A stretch of DNA of 64,000 nucleotides. Origin: a virus. Below are positions 46,119 through 56,246 of this stretch, piece by piece. The position numbers and the translations under genes were made by a program. Within the stretch, counting starts at the first letter, position 1. Each line of letters opens with the position of its first letter. The stretch lies in the IMG/VR virus record IMGVR_UViG_3300033149_000928, positions 20,414 through 84,413 of that record; one strand, 5' to 3'. A model generated the notes under the pieces. The model was not told the origin of the DNA. It saw only the letters and a program-made list of their open reading frames with translations, and made no database searches.

Positions 46119-47215
46119 TAAGCCGCTTCCTGTGGTATCCCATCCTTCGTTTTCCCGCGATACTTAAACGTGACTCTCATGCCTCTTGGGAAACAACATG
46201 CCTCCATCCAATCTGGAACTTCTGTCTCAGGATTCTGCTCTGCCCATTCCTTTGCCCCAGGACTGCCCATTGTTATTCCAGGTTGTATTGGTTTTCTATT
46301 TGGTACTCCCCATAGCTTACGCTCTTCATCCGTGAATCCACTTAACTCCATCCTCTTCCCATTGTCCAGTTCCAATACAAGCGCACCCATGAGTCCGAGT
46401 AACTTGCTACCCTTATCCGTAGCCCTTCCAGTGATATACCCTGTCACCGTTCCCTCAGCATCGTCGCGCTTCTTGACCTTGAGTAGATCATGGCTACGAC
46501 AAGGCAACCAAAGGGACTCAGGTTTCCTGAGTATAAGTCCCTCACCACCTGCTTTAGATACATATTCAAGTTCTTGATTTACTAAATCAATTGCCTTCTC
46601 AGTCTGGAACGGCAATCTCTCTTGATGATGTTGGTAAGCCGGACCGTGCGAAGCACAGTACTTCCCAATCAAAGCATAGGTCGTCTGGAAGATATTAGTT
46701 TGATCTGGGATATATGCTAAGCTAGATATATCCGTATCAGTATAAATCCATGAGCGTATACCCTCAAACTTTTTCTTATAGTTTACAGTGTTAATGAATC
46801 CATCCATGAAGATACGGTCGAAGCTAGGCATATCAATAATAGGATATGTGACCTCTGCCCATAATTCAGGATCAGGGGTCAGAGCCTTAACAATACTCAT
46901 TAATTCTTGTCTTGGTCCTGCTCTGTAGAGTTCTCCGTCGAGTGGCACCCTCGGTAAACGATCCAGATAATTAGCAGGAGCATGTATAACATTGCCATAG
47001 CGTGACCAAAGGCCAGTAGCAACTGGTCTAACAACGTACCTTCCATCTTTATCGTTATTTGCCCAAGGAACATCATCCTTAAACATCCCCCTCGTTAATC
47101 CACCATCCCAATAACAACGCATACCATCGAGCTTCTCAGACATATACCAACCACCGATGCCATGCTTTGCTGGCTTATAGGTGTGGGCTAACATTAGGTA
47201 CTCACGTTTTGGCAT
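46097..47215 (-). CDS. ATP-dependent DNA ligase
   Basis: SEKLDGMR (motif I), LDGEL, GEGLILR, LLKVKK and a C-terminal OB domain. Confidence 0.92.
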   Translation of the reverse strand: MPKREYLMLAHTYKPAKHGIGGWYMSEKLDGMRCYWDGGLTRGMFKDDVPWANNDKDGRYVVRPVATGLWSRYGNVIHAPANYLDRLPRVPLDGELYRAGPRQELMSIVKALTPDPELWAEVTYPIIDMPSFDRIFMDGFINTVNYKKKFEGIRSWIYTDTDISSLAYIPDQTNIFQTTYALIGKYCASHGPAYQHHQERLPFQTEKAIDLVNQELEYVSKAGGEGLILRKPESLWLPCRSHDLLKVKKRDDAEGTVTGYITGRATDKGSKLLGLMGALVLELDNGKRMELSGFTDEERKLWGVPNRKPIQPGITMGSPGAKEWAEQNPETEVPDWMEACCFPRGMRVTFKYRGKTKDGIPQEAAYWRERED

Positions 47216-47877
47216 CAGACTTCCTCCAGATAAGGAGCCATACGTTTTTGTTCTTTTTGATTTAGTAAATCAACAAGTTGATTGACCTTTTGTTTAGAAT
47301 TAACACGATAATAATTTAACCACATTTTACTTTGTTTTAAAGTTAAAGTGCCCTCAATAATAGTAGCTGTAATTCTACGTTGAATATTGAACCCATCAGT
47401 ACGGTATTCATATACCCATCTAGTATTACATATTATCTCCATTTCTATTCGATCTTTCTCTTGTAGTGCCTTTCGTTTTTCTTCACGTAATTTCTTTTCC
47501 TTTTTTACTTCCTCCCATTCACCATTAGCAATAAGCTGTACTCGTTTCTCATTTGCTATCTTTATAGCATGTTGCTTATCTTTAGCCCAACAAGTTACAT
47601 GAAGTTTAAGTGTAAGCATATCAATATGTATATCACCAACTCTAGCAGCATATACAATATTTGTTTTATCTACATGTGAATCCCCATTATATTCCATATA
47701 CACACTCCATAGAGAATAGTCTTTAGAGGGTCTACTAGAAAGAGGATTCAACATAAACTCTTCAACTTGTCCTCCTGTTGCTTTCGCAACCTCTTCAGCT
47801 AATTCCTTATTCTCAAAAACTCCACATATATGATAATCAGAATACTCCCCTTCAGTTATAACATATATCTCAGGCAT
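47215..47877 (-). CDS. Hypothetical protein
   Basis: IYVITEGEYSDYHICGVF N-terminal domain. C-terminal half resembles 48387-48671. Confidence 0.7.
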   Translation of the reverse strand: MPEIYVITEGEYSDYHICGVFENKELAEEVAKATGGQVEEFMLNPLSSRPSKDYSLWSVYMEYNGDSHVDKTNIVYAARVGDIHIDMLTLKLHVTCWAKDKQHAIKIANEKRVQLIANGEWEEVKKEKKLREEKRKALQEKDRIEMEIICNTRWVYEYRTDGFNIQRRITATIIEGTLTLKQSKMWLNYYRVNSKQKVNQLVDLLNQKEQKRMAPYLEEV

Positions 47878-48155
47878 CAGCCTTCTCCTTGATTTACTAA
47901 ATCAGACTTTGGTTTTATTCCCATTTCGCGACATGCTTTAGCCATCTTCCTATCAAGCTCTTGACCTGCCTCAAGAATCAAAGCCTTCTCTTGTGGGGCT
48001 TTCCTTATTAACTCAGTGAAATACATATTACCAGCATCTAAAGCCTTACTCCAATCTTTTGTAGAATCAAAGACATTTGTAATAAGTTCAAATGCAGTTT
48101 GTTGAATCTCCATTCGTTTTTGTTTAGCCCTTAGTTTTCGTTCCTTCCTATTCAT
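47877..48155 (-). CDS. Hypothetical protein
   Basis: ORF track. Confidence 0.6.
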   Translation of the reverse strand: MNRKERKLRAKQKRMEIQQTAFELITNVFDSTKDWSKALDAGNMYFTELIRKAPQEKALILEAGQELDRKMAKACREMGIKPKSDLVNQGEG

Positions 48156-48156
48156 T

Positions 48157-48390
48157 TTATTTCCAATACTGTTTAGGTTCAGGGGTATTCAGGATATTCT
48201 TAACTAAAGCCTCACCTTTTGCTGTTGCCATATATCCATGTGCAGGATCATCATACAATAACTCAGCTTTAAGTAGCATGTTTATTGTGGCTTTATATAA
48301 TGATTCCTTTGTGAGAGGACAATCTCCTTCCATATAGGTATACCAAGTCAGGACTAAGATATCCATGTAGTCTAATGGTTTACGCATCAC
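48157..48390 (-). CDS. Hypothetical protein (winged-helix-like)
   Basis: LL...LL......Y..T.KG pattern. Confidence 0.55.
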   Translation of the reverse strand: MMRKPLDYMDILVLTWYTYMEGDCPLTKESLYKATINMLLKAELLYDDPAHGYMATAKGEALVKNILNTPEPKQYWK

Positions 48391-48671
48391 GATCCTCCAC
48401 CACAGTAAGGTGCAACTATGTCATTCTGATATTGATTTAGTAAATCATTTATATGAAGGGCCGCTGCTTGTGTTGATCCTCCTGCTCCTGTATTAACATA
48501 GCAATAGGGCATCCATTCTTCACTATTACGATAAAAGAAAGTATTTCTATCTTTATCAATAATACCTTTTACTCTACGTTCAATATCAATACCGTCCCCG
48601 GTACGGAGTTCTTTGATACGGTACTCATAAACGATTCTGATACCAGAATCTGTCATGGCTTGTTCAGACAT
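48387..48671 (-). CDS. Hypothetical protein
   Basis: AAGGAG RBS. Confidence 0.6.
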   Translation of the reverse strand: MSEQAMTDSGIRIVYEYRIKELRTGDGIDIERRVKGIIDKDRNTFFYRNSEEWMPYCYVNTGAGGSTQAAALHINDLLNQYQNDIVAPYCGGGS

Positions 48672-48763
48672 ATTCTCTCCTTATAATAAGTACACGGTTC
48701 ATCTCAATACATGCCACAGTCACCTGTGGTCATCACATACTTTACACTTGGGCATCCTTTCCT

Positions 48764-48997
48764 TTAGCTTGGCATATCTTGGGCCGAAGAATCATCTAAT
48801 TCTTCATCAAGCTGGACACCATCATGATGACAAAGAGCAGCTAAAACACCATGAAGGAATTCCCAATTTTCACACTGAATAATTTCATATCCTCTCTTAG
48901 TTTCATCTACATCATAATCAATATTAGCATCCACAAGAATCTGTTCCACTTCATCTTTATCAATCCAATTAGGTATTACTACGGCTGTAGTTGGCAT
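48764..48997 (-). CDS. Hypothetical protein
   Basis: AAGGAG RBS. Confidence 0.55.
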   Translation of the reverse strand: MPTTAVVIPNWIDKDEVEQILVDANIDYDVDETKRGYEIIQCENWEFLHGVLAALCHHDGVQLDEELDDSSAQDMPS

Positions 48998-49242
48998 CTC
49001 ATTCTCCTTAGTAACATACCTTGATTTACTAAATCAAACTTATTGAATCTCTCCACATCCAGAACAAATATAACATTCTTGTTCACTATCCCATTCCCCA
49101 ATTAGATTTAAACCCTTCTGCAATACAGGAACACTCAACATCTTCAGCCTCATACCAAGGTTCTTTATTTTCACACATTATCTATCTATCCTTCACCCCT
49201 ATATCCATCATCTTATCAATGAGCTTTTGGACTCTTTCATTC

Positions 49243-49470
49243 CTACTTAGCATCCTTGGCCTCCTGTATTGCTCGCGATATCTCGAAAACACTTTCACTA
49301 CTATATCGCCTACCACCATTCTTTACATAGATGATAGTACGATCCATATACTCAGTCCTGTCTCTACATCTATCCACACTTACTATTTTACTAACATCAA
49401 GAGTCTTGAGTTTAGAGTTCGCATTCGCCGGGATATACTCGATACGTCTAATAACAATAGCCTTAGCCAT
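49243..49470 (-). CDS. Hypothetical protein
   Basis: AAGGAG RBS. Confidence 0.55.
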   Translation of the reverse strand: MAKAIVIRRIEYIPANANSKLKTLDVSKIVSVDRCRDRTEYMDRTIIYVKNGGRRYSSESVFEISRAIQEAKDAK

Positions 49471-49495
49471 GACTGTTCTCCTTATAAGCCAATAG

Positions 49496-49524
49496 GCCCA
49501 GGCCCACGGATAGTGGGCTAGGGC
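49496..49524 (-). terminator. GC-rich intergenic hairpin
   Basis: GCCCAGGCCCAC-GGATA-GTGGGCTAGGGC. Confidence 0.45.
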
Positions 49525-49533
49525 TTACGGCTA

Positions 49534-49770
49534 TTAATCACGAAGGATGTAACTATTATCCTCCGCCCATTCCCCTAATTCCCTATCATTAAACATTTCA
49601 TCAGGGGTAAAATTATCATTAATATGAGTCTTTAATTCTTCCTTCCCAAATACTTCCACTGGTTCCATATTCTCTTTGATCCATTCAAGGATATCATTGA
49701 GAAGATCGAAGTCAAACTTATCTTTTAGTTCTCTCTCGAAACTCTCCATCTGACTATCAGTAGCACCCAT
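49534..49770 (-). CDS. Hypothetical acidic protein
   Basis: AGGAG RBS. Confidence 0.6.
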   Translation of the reverse strand: MGATDSQMESFERELKDKFDFDLLNDILEWIKENMEPVEVFGKEELKTHINDNFTPDEMFNDRELGEWAEDNSYILRD

Positions 49771-49795
49771 ACTATTCTCCTGGTTAGTTAGTTAC

Positions 49796-50764
49796 TTAGT
49801 TACCTACATACGAATTAGCCAATTCAAACGCCCTCTTCTTTACCTTGAACCCAGGGCCATACAGCACTGACTCGAACCTTTTCTCCTCTCTACCTACTGT
49901 CCCGCGAAAACGCATCTGGTGATCGGCAAACTGTGTAACAGCATTATATGCACCCCACATGGTTCCCTGTTGATTCTCCGCTTGGTAATTCGTTTTGACA
50001 ATGTTCCGCGTATCTTCCTTATCACCGAACAGTTTCTCAGTGTAAGCAAGGAAGTCCCCTGGATTGATTTTACAAGTCAAAAAGCTCTCAAACTTCTCTC
50101 CGACCTGATTGAAATAATCCTCAGCAATACCGAGGGTCTTCCTAGCATCATCCACACGATCATGGACATTGTTCGTATGCTTGAGTCTTACTATCTGTTC
50201 ACCTTTACCATCAAGCGCAGCACGTAGTGTATTATTACACACTACACGGATCGGGGACCAAAATACCGTGAAGCCAATTGACCCATCATGTCCATTGACA
50301 ATGATAAGGTATTTCTCGATACGATCCTCGCCACCGATCAATAGCTCTGTGGGGCATTTCACAGTCCAGAAGACCTTACGTCCACCGAACAATGCACCAC
50401 AGCATTCCACTACATTGCCATCACCAATGAGTGCTTGGATGAAGGCTGCTTGATCCTCATTCTGGATTGGTGTATAACGGTTCCCTACAGTCCCGAAATA
50501 CTCACCCGTATCCTCACGGATAATTGCTCTGGTGTCGGGGATAGTACGAGTATAGTCTCCTTCATACAGGGCATCAGGTACAGCATTATCGGGAAGAGTA
50601 TATTGAAGATCAAGAAGCATAATTCTCCAACGCAAGTGTGCTAGATCAAGAGCCTCGTCAGTTGTCATATGTTCCTTAACCATTTGCCCCAAACCATGCC
50701 AAGGTTTCTGTCCTGCGAAAGCCGCTTCGATAACTCCATTACGTTCTTCAAGTTCGTGAGCCAT
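49796..50764 (-). CDS. DUF932 family phage/plasmid protein
   Basis: MAHEL...PWHGLG, Y.PIQN, G.L.GGR.VF, N.HDGS, PIRVVCNNTL and GT.WGAYNAVT. Confidence 0.88.
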   Translation of the reverse strand: MAHELEERNGVIEAAFAGQKPWHGLGQMVKEHMTTDEALDLAHLRWRIMLLDLQYTLPDNAVPDALYEGDYTRTIPDTRAIIREDTGEYFGTVGNRYTPIQNEDQAAFIQALIGDGNVVECCGALFGGRKVFWTVKCPTELLIGGEDRIEKYLIIVNGHDGSIGFTVFWSPIRVVCNNTLRAALDGKGEQIVRLKHTNNVHDRVDDARKTLGIAEDYFNQVGEKFESFLTCKINPGDFLAYTEKLFGDKEDTRNIVKTNYQAENQQGTMWGAYNAVTQFADHQMRFRGTVGREEKRFESVLYGPGFKVKKRAFELANSYVGN

Positions 50765-50988
50765 TTGTTTCTCCTATAGGCATACTTTAGTTACACTTTG
50801 ATTTACTAAATCAAACTAAATCTCAGTGGCTACTTTATGGAGCGAACCATCATTAGCCATTTGATAGAAAGCTCCATCAGCCTGCAACAAACAAATATCC
50901 AGAATTCCAGCTTCAACAGAAGTTATATCACTTTCAGTTACTTCATCTTGCTGAATCATTGTACCATCTTCAAAGATCAAAAGATACT

Positions 50989-51225
50989 TCATTCTTGCTC
51001 CTTCACATGTTCAAGAATAGCTTTCAGACCAACACGTAAAGCTCCTTCTGATCCCATACGAATAACATTTGAGTTACTACCATCATACTCCCGAATCACA
51101 AGACCATTATTCCTAGTGAACAAACAAATACGACTGTCCCTGAGTTCAATTAGTCTATTTTCTATTGCTTTTCTACCTACCTCAAGGAATTCATCATTCT
51201 CAATGATCTCTTCAATGGTTAGCAT
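50989..51225 (-). CDS. Hypothetical protein
   Basis: Trimmed to MLTIEE after AGGAG. Confidence 0.55.
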   Translation of the reverse strand: MLTIEEIIENDEFLEVGRKAIENRLIELRDSRICLFTRNNGLVIREYDGSNSNVIRMGSEGALRVGLKAILEHVKEQE

Positions 51226-51247
51226 TTCTCTCCTTTGATTTAGTAAA

Positions 51248-51646
51248 TCAAAACGCCGGACAGGGACATTTGACCTTGACCCCGCAACCCTCACAAACAT
51301 ACGTATATGTTGCGTCCGGTTCCACTGTTCGGAAGTCCCCACACTGAGGACATTCGATCTCTCGATCCTCACTACCGAATAGGACACTTTCAAGATGTTC
51401 GATACTCGTATCCTCAGTGCCTAAGACGATCTTGAAGGATTCTTCCTTATGACCATCCTTATCTGTCTTGGGCACCGCTTGACGTTTCTGGAATTCTGTC
51501 CCTATGCTGATGTTCTTTCCGTGTTCAAGACAATGCTCTTCACACATATTGGCCCAACGTCCACCGTGCATTGTCGGAGCATCATACTTCGCATTCTTGT
51601 CACAGAAATCGCATTTCGGAAGCGTGGTTACTTTCTTGATTTTCAT
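51248..51646 (-). CDS. Double Zn-finger hypothetical protein
   Basis: CDFC..YDAPT..G.WANMC..H, CPQC and CEGC. Confidence 0.65.
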   Translation of the reverse strand: MKIKKVTTLPKCDFCDKNAKYDAPTMHGGRWANMCEEHCLEHGKNISIGTEFQKRQAVPKTDKDGHKEESFKIVLGTEDTSIEHLESVLFGSEDREIECPQCGDFRTVEPDATYTYVCEGCGVKVKCPCPAF

Positions 51647-51885
51647 TTGGGTTCTCCATAGCTACCAGCAGGGATATCAATATCTGTGTTCCCATAATGT
51701 TCTTCCCATCTGGATATATTGATAATAGGGTGTCCTTCTTTCAATCCAGAAGTTGTATCTGTTGCCTCTTGGACGTATTCAATCTTTAAACAATATTCTC
51801 GATCTGGATCTTTTATTGCAACCTCCTTATCTAATTGATCTTGATTTAGTGAATCAAGCCAGTCTTTAAGTTCCCTGTAGGTCAT
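51643..51885 (-). CDS. Hypothetical protein
   Basis: MTYREL...L..L...QLD family. Confidence 0.6.
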   Translation of the reverse strand: MTYRELKDWLDSLNQDQLDKEVAIKDPDREYCLKIEYVQEATDTTSGLKEGHPIINISRWEEHYGNTDIDIPAGSYGEPK

Positions 51886-52145
51886 ACCGTTTCCTTCCCC
51901 TTAATCTCCAGACCTTTATAAGTACCTTCACCATCATCTCTCGGCTTGTCGATCTCACAAAAACTTGCACTAGGAAAGTTCCGGTTCATGTAGTTATTAA
52001 ACGCAGAGTTATTCCGACATCTACCTCTGACATGCTTTGCAAACTTGACCAACCACCATAACTCTTGTTCTGTTAGAGTCCCAATATCTCGTTCAAAAGC
52101 CGTTTGGAACTCTTCCTTTACTTCTGGTCCATCAAACCTAATCAT
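51882..52145 (-). CDS. Hypothetical protein
   Basis: GGAGG RBS. Confidence 0.6.
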   Translation of the reverse strand: MIRFDGPEVKEEFQTAFERDIGTLTEQELWWLVKFAKHVRGRCRNNSAFNNYMNRNFPSASFCEIDKPRDDGEGTYKGLEIKGKETV

Positions 52146-52580
52146 TGCAATCCTCCTTCAGCCAAGCCTTCACTATCTCAGGACTACCCCAACATGCACT
52201 TGGCATCTCATTGTGGGCATAGTAGACTATCTGAGGAAGAACCCACATATTATTATGGTCGGCCCTTCCAACTGCTTCCCGTAAATCATTCTCAAGAACC
52301 GCCCTTAAGAAATCTCCAGTAGGTATCCGACTATTAACATAATCTTTGAGAGAGAGAGTAATGTATTCATTGGAATATCAGAGGCATCAGAGATATTATA
52401 CATTACTCTTCTCCTCACGTTCCTGTCCATCGAGAGCTTTCTGAATGATAGCCGTGACTTCATCGCTATCCGTAACCACATCCAAACCAAACTGCTCACC
52501 GATCACTTGCATGATTTCTCTCATTGCAAACTCTGCACGATCAATCATCTCAAACTTCCTTTCTGATTTACTAAATCAAA

Positions 52581-53201
52581 CTACTTCCCGCAACATGCAC
52601 ACGTATGGCTCTTGGGTTTAAGTATTGAATCATGTGTACCTGCGGGAAGATAACTATAAATATTATTACGTTCATCACTTTGAAGAACATAAGAATATAC
52701 TGGTACCCATTTCTCAAAATCAGTATCCCAGATCAATAATCGACTACTTCCCATTCTATACCTAAAAGTCCTATCAGTACCTAACCAATATACTTGAATC
52801 TCTCCACCTTTACCTAAAAGTTCCCAAGCTTCTTCCTTAGTCAATAGACCAGTGGAAGTAGGTTTAATCTTAGGTTTAGGTTTCTTATACATAAACCATC
52901 CAGTATCATGACCACCACCCAAGAGATAAGACAGTTTACTTTTGTAGTTATCTGTCTTAGAACTACTTGTGGGTCTAAGAAGCATCGACCCTGTTCTCAT
53001 GTTGCGCTCAATATACTCTTCTTCCGGCCAATTCTCATGTCTAATCTTATGTCCATCAAGCCATCTCTTCTGAGCTAGTTTCTTATTCATTATCTTCCTC
53101 CTCTTCAAACTCCTCATACGAAAGCATTTCTTTACCCATTTCGATATGTTCACAATCTCCTGTATAAACAGACTTATTGCATGTACACAACCATTCTCCA
53201 T
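52581..53201 (-). CDS. Hypothetical protein (start likely MNKK, 53090)
   Basis: ORF track. Confidence 0.6.
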   Translation of the reverse strand: MENGCVHAISLFIQEIVNISKWVKKCFRMRSLKRRKIMNKKLAQKRWLDGHKIRHENWPEEEYIERNMRTGSMLLRPTSSSKTDNYKSKLSYLLGGGHDTGWFMYKKPKPKIKPTSTGLLTKEEAWELLGKGGEIQVYWLGTDRTFRYRMGSSRLLIWDTDFEKWVPVYSYVLQSDERNNIYSYLPAGTHDSILKPKSHTCACCGK

Positions 53202-53400
53202 CTCTCAAACGTACTGTATGTTTCTTAGTTCTTTTCTCATTCCAGAACCGATACCGTTTGATAGCCGCATCTTTTGCGAAGTACTCTTCTTGTAGTTCCC
53301 TGAGTCTACTTTCGCTATACGGCTCCGCAGGTTCTACTCCCATTATGACTGAGCCGCCCTTCGCTGTCCATACCCACGGTTTCTCTCGGAAGTCTGACAT
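53083..53400 (-). CDS. SWIM zinc-finger protein
   Basis: WLCTC........CEHI. Confidence 0.65.
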   Translation of the reverse strand: MSDFREKPWVWTAKGGSVIMGVEPAEPYSESRLRELQEEYFAKDAAIKRYRFWNEKRTKKHTVRLRDGEWLCTCNKSVYTGDCEHIEMGKEMLSYEEFEEEEDNE

Positions 53401-53566
53401 CAGTTATCTCCCATTCCGTATCAGTGTCTACACATATCAACTGAAGAATTTTCATATCCAGTGTTTCCTGTGAGTACTGATCTAGGAGCCGGGGATTTAA
53501 ATTCACTTCAACATATTTCGTTACGGTTTCCCCATCAGGACTCGTGGCTTCCACTACTAGTTTCAT
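53315..53566 (-). CDS. Hypothetical protein
   Basis: AAGGAG RBS. Confidence 0.5.
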   Translation of the reverse strand: MKLVVEATSPDGETVTKYVEVNLNPRLLDQYSQETLDMKILQLICVDTDTEWEITDVRLPRETVGMDSEGRLSHNGSRTCGAV

Positions 53567-53578
53567 TACAATCTCCTT

Positions 53579-54241
53579 TTAAAGTCTTTTCCTTAACTTC
53601 TCCTGTACCTTCAAAAGTATTTGCCAAATATATCCAGTAGAGACTCCAAGCCTCTTGGCAATTTCATTATTTGTGTAACTCATTAATTTTAGTTCAACAA
53701 TCTTTCGTTGCATACCCGGAAGTTGATTTAGGAAATCATTTATGATAATATCGTCTTCATCATATTGCGGAGGCAATACTACATTCTCGGCATCATTATA
53801 ATATTCACCAGCATCTTGATCCATACTGCGATTAGCTATTGACATTGTATATGGAACTAAATCCGCCGGGCCTCTTATTAACTTATCATTTTTTAGGTAA
53901 TCAGAGATGTGGGAATGAATTTTTAATGTTATGTATCCTGAGATATTATCATGGTCCAGATGCTCACGTGCTCTATCTACTGCTTTAACTAAACCTAACA
54001 TAGCAGCCGATACTATATCATCTTTCTTATGAGGATATCGTCCAACATAACCACCACATATTTGGAGGGTAAGTCTCACATGCCCAAGTATTAAATCATC
54101 TTTAACACTATCATCGCCTTGCTTGTGAGCTTCTGTCTTGGCGTGGAGTTCTTCTTCGGACATTTGATTTGGTAAATCAGATTGTCCAAGTGGGTGTACT
54201 ACGCTGTATCTGATTCTCTTCTTTATATTTCCTAGGTACAT
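53579..54241 (-). CDS. Sigma-70 family RNA polymerase sigma factor
   Basis: Region 2 (LILGHVRL...DDIVSAAMLGLVKAVDR) and region 4 HTH (YTNNEIAKRLGVS). Confidence 0.8.
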   Translation of the reverse strand: MYLGNIKKRIRYSVVHPLGQSDLPNQMSEEELHAKTEAHKQGDDSVKDDLILGHVRLTLQICGGYVGRYPHKKDDIVSAAMLGLVKAVDRAREHLDHDNISGYITLKIHSHISDYLKNDKLIRGPADLVPYTMSIANRSMDQDAGEYYNDAENVVLPPQYDEDDIIINDFLNQLPGMQRKIVELKLMSYTNNEIAKRLGVSTGYIWQILLKVQEKLRKRL

Positions 54242-54244
54242 TTC

Positions 54245-54660
54245 CCTCTCCCTTTAGTTTTGATTTACTAAATCAAAAAGTTTGATTTGATTTAGTAAAA
54301 TAATATAAGAGCCGTGGAATTGATTTGATTTATTGTTTTGATTTTCTCCTTTGGGTCCAGATATAGAGCCGCATATATACATTATACTCTATAGACTATC
54401 TTAGTCAAACGATATTATCGGAAATCCCGTATGTCCTTATATATCAACAGGTTACAAGTGCAAATAATCCACAATTTCTCTCGGATAATTTTGCATATAC
54501 TTTGGCACGATATTTGCTAGTTAATCAAAATAAAACTATAGAATCAAAATAGTAAATCAAATCAAAATATACCTATAAAAATCAAATCAAAGATTTAATA
54601 ATATTTAAAATTTGATATCAAATTTGATTTACTAAATCAAATAACTATTATACACATTAT
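54245..54660 (-). promoter_or_regulatory. AT-rich intergenic control region dense in 17-bp palindromes and half-sites
   Basis: Full sites at 54260 and 54624, many TTGATTT/AAATCAA half-sites, and a 25-bp IR at 54430. Confidence 0.6.
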
Positions 54661-55080
54661 CTAATTAATTTTCCTTATCATCCAGAACTCCTCCCAATTC
54701 TCATTAAAGGGTCGCTTGTATCCTGTAGGATCATATATCATTTGATCCTTACAATTCCAAGCTACGACATGTCCAGTATCATACATGAGAACACCATTCT
54801 CTTTATATAATGGTGCACGACATTGGAAATCAATCTGTCTATTATTTATCGTGGTACTCTTGAAAAAGGGCATACATACATAATCAACCTCATAGATCAC
54901 TGGCAACATATCTTCAATCTGTATACCACGAAAACGCCTCGGACCAACCTCCTTTGGATAAACTATCTCTTCAGGATTATGGACTAGGAACTTCTCTAAC
55001 ATCTCTACCGTGTCTCCGGTACACATTGCTACCGAAGCTATGACACATCCATAATCAGTGGTTTGTTTTAACAGGTTCAA
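54661..55080 (-). CDS. Peptidase C39-like cysteine protease
   Basis: KQTTDYGC (Q-x5-C), GHVVAW and IYDP. TTG start after AGGAG. Confidence 0.65.
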   Translation of the reverse strand: MNLLKQTTDYGCVIASVAMCTGDTVEMLEKFLVHNPEEIVYPKEVGPRRFRGIQIEDMLPVIYEVDYVCMPFFKSTTINNRQIDFQCRAPLYKENGVLMYDTGHVVAWNCKDQMIYDPTGYKRPFNENWEEFWMIRKIN

Positions 55081-55519
55081 GAAGCATCTCCTCTTTAATC
55101 TCTCTATAATAATCCGCTGTCTTTTGGAGTTCAAAATTAATCCCACAACCCCATATCCCTACTACAATACTACGCGCCTTGAGCCACATTACAATAGGTA
55201 TTAACTCCTGATTTGAGGTTCCAATAATTATTTCGTCTACCTTTAAAGAACGATTAACAGTCTCTAAAACGATATCAATAACGGGATTATAAAACTTCAT
55301 TCCTTTCCCTAGTTCCTTGAACTTGACTCGATAACCATAGTTTCGTAAGGCATCCCGAAATGTAAAGGCTTCCTCAGTCGGGATAGCTCCATAAGCAATG
55401 ACTTCATCATCGGAGTTACACCATTCTTCTATGAGCTTATTATAGTCAATCCTTTGACCTTCAAATTTTCGACTAACACAATAATGTAGATTCCCTGTAT
55501 CTAGTAAAATGAGACGCAT
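55055..55519 (-). CDS. NYN / LabA-DUF88 domain protein
   Basis: LLDTGNL...IDY.KL, DIVLE and IIIGTSNQELIP (degenerate SGD.DF.P). Confidence 0.7.
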   Translation of the reverse strand: MRLILLDTGNLHYCVSRKFEGQRIDYNKLIEEWCNSDDEVIAYGAIPTEEAFTFRDALRNYGYRVKFKELGKGMKFYNPVIDIVLETVNRSLKVDEIIIGTSNQELIPIVMWLKARSIVVGIWGCGINFELQKTADYYREIKEEMLLEPVKTNH

Positions 55520-55520
55520 C

Positions 55521-55889
55521 TTAATTCTCCGGGTGCGTAAGATTCTCCGTCCAATCGTCCCGGCAATCCGGTAGGTTATTGACATTGCAGAAATGATTTG
55601 CTAAATCACAAGGCTCTGCTGATCCATGCTTGGCACCGAAAGTAGCTGTTATACTACGGGTAGTTAGCCATGCTACAAATCCTATGACTGATTCCCTAGC
55701 ATTAAGACAAGATACTTCAACCCCCATTTTATCTAATTCCTCTTTAGCTTTTGGTGTAGGTTTACCCAATTCAGCAATAGTAGTATCAACTTCCTTTTCT
55801 AATTCTATTTTTCCTTTTTCTACTTTCTCTGGATCATTAGATTTAGCAAGACTCTTCATTAAATCATTCATCTCTTTTTCTTGTTGCAT
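55521..55889 (-). CDS. Hypothetical protein
   Basis: AGGAG RBS. Confidence 0.6.
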   Translation of the reverse strand: MQQEKEMNDLMKSLAKSNDPEKVEKGKIELEKEVDTTIAELGKPTPKAKEELDKMGVEVSCLNARESVIGFVAWLTTRSITATFGAKHGSAEPCDLANHFCNVNNLPDCRDDWTENLTHPEN

Positions 55890-55898
55890 ACTATTCTC

Positions 55899-56246
55899 CT
55901 AGTGCAAGTAAAATACCCAATTCGCTGGTTTATGTAATTTACAAAATTCTAAATCACTATCACCAGTAAGTATCCAGACACCACTACCATGAGCACATAA
56001 CTTTGGAAACGTCTCTAATTGCGCTCCAGTGAATTTCGAACCTTTCATATCTGGAAGTTTAACCTCGATCCAACGATACCCATAACGAACATGACAAGCG
56101 AATAGATCAGGGAACCCACTCTGATACATATTCCCATGTGTTGATTTAACAAACCATTCCTCATACCTCAACCGTTTAATAATAGCTCGTTGGATTACGG
56201 CTTCTGGTCCTTTGCGTCCTTGGTTTTTGTAAGGTTTGGTACGCAT
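55899..56246 (-). CDS. VRR-NUC domain nuclease
   Basis: E..IQ..I, GFPDL, WIEVK and Q motifs. Confidence 0.85.
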   Translation of the reverse strand: MRTKPYKNQGRKGPEAVIQRAIIKRLRYEEWFVKSTHGNMYQSGFPDLFACHVRYGYRWIEVKLPDMKGSKFTGAQLETFPKLCAHGSGVWILTGDSDLEFCKLHKPANWVFYLH

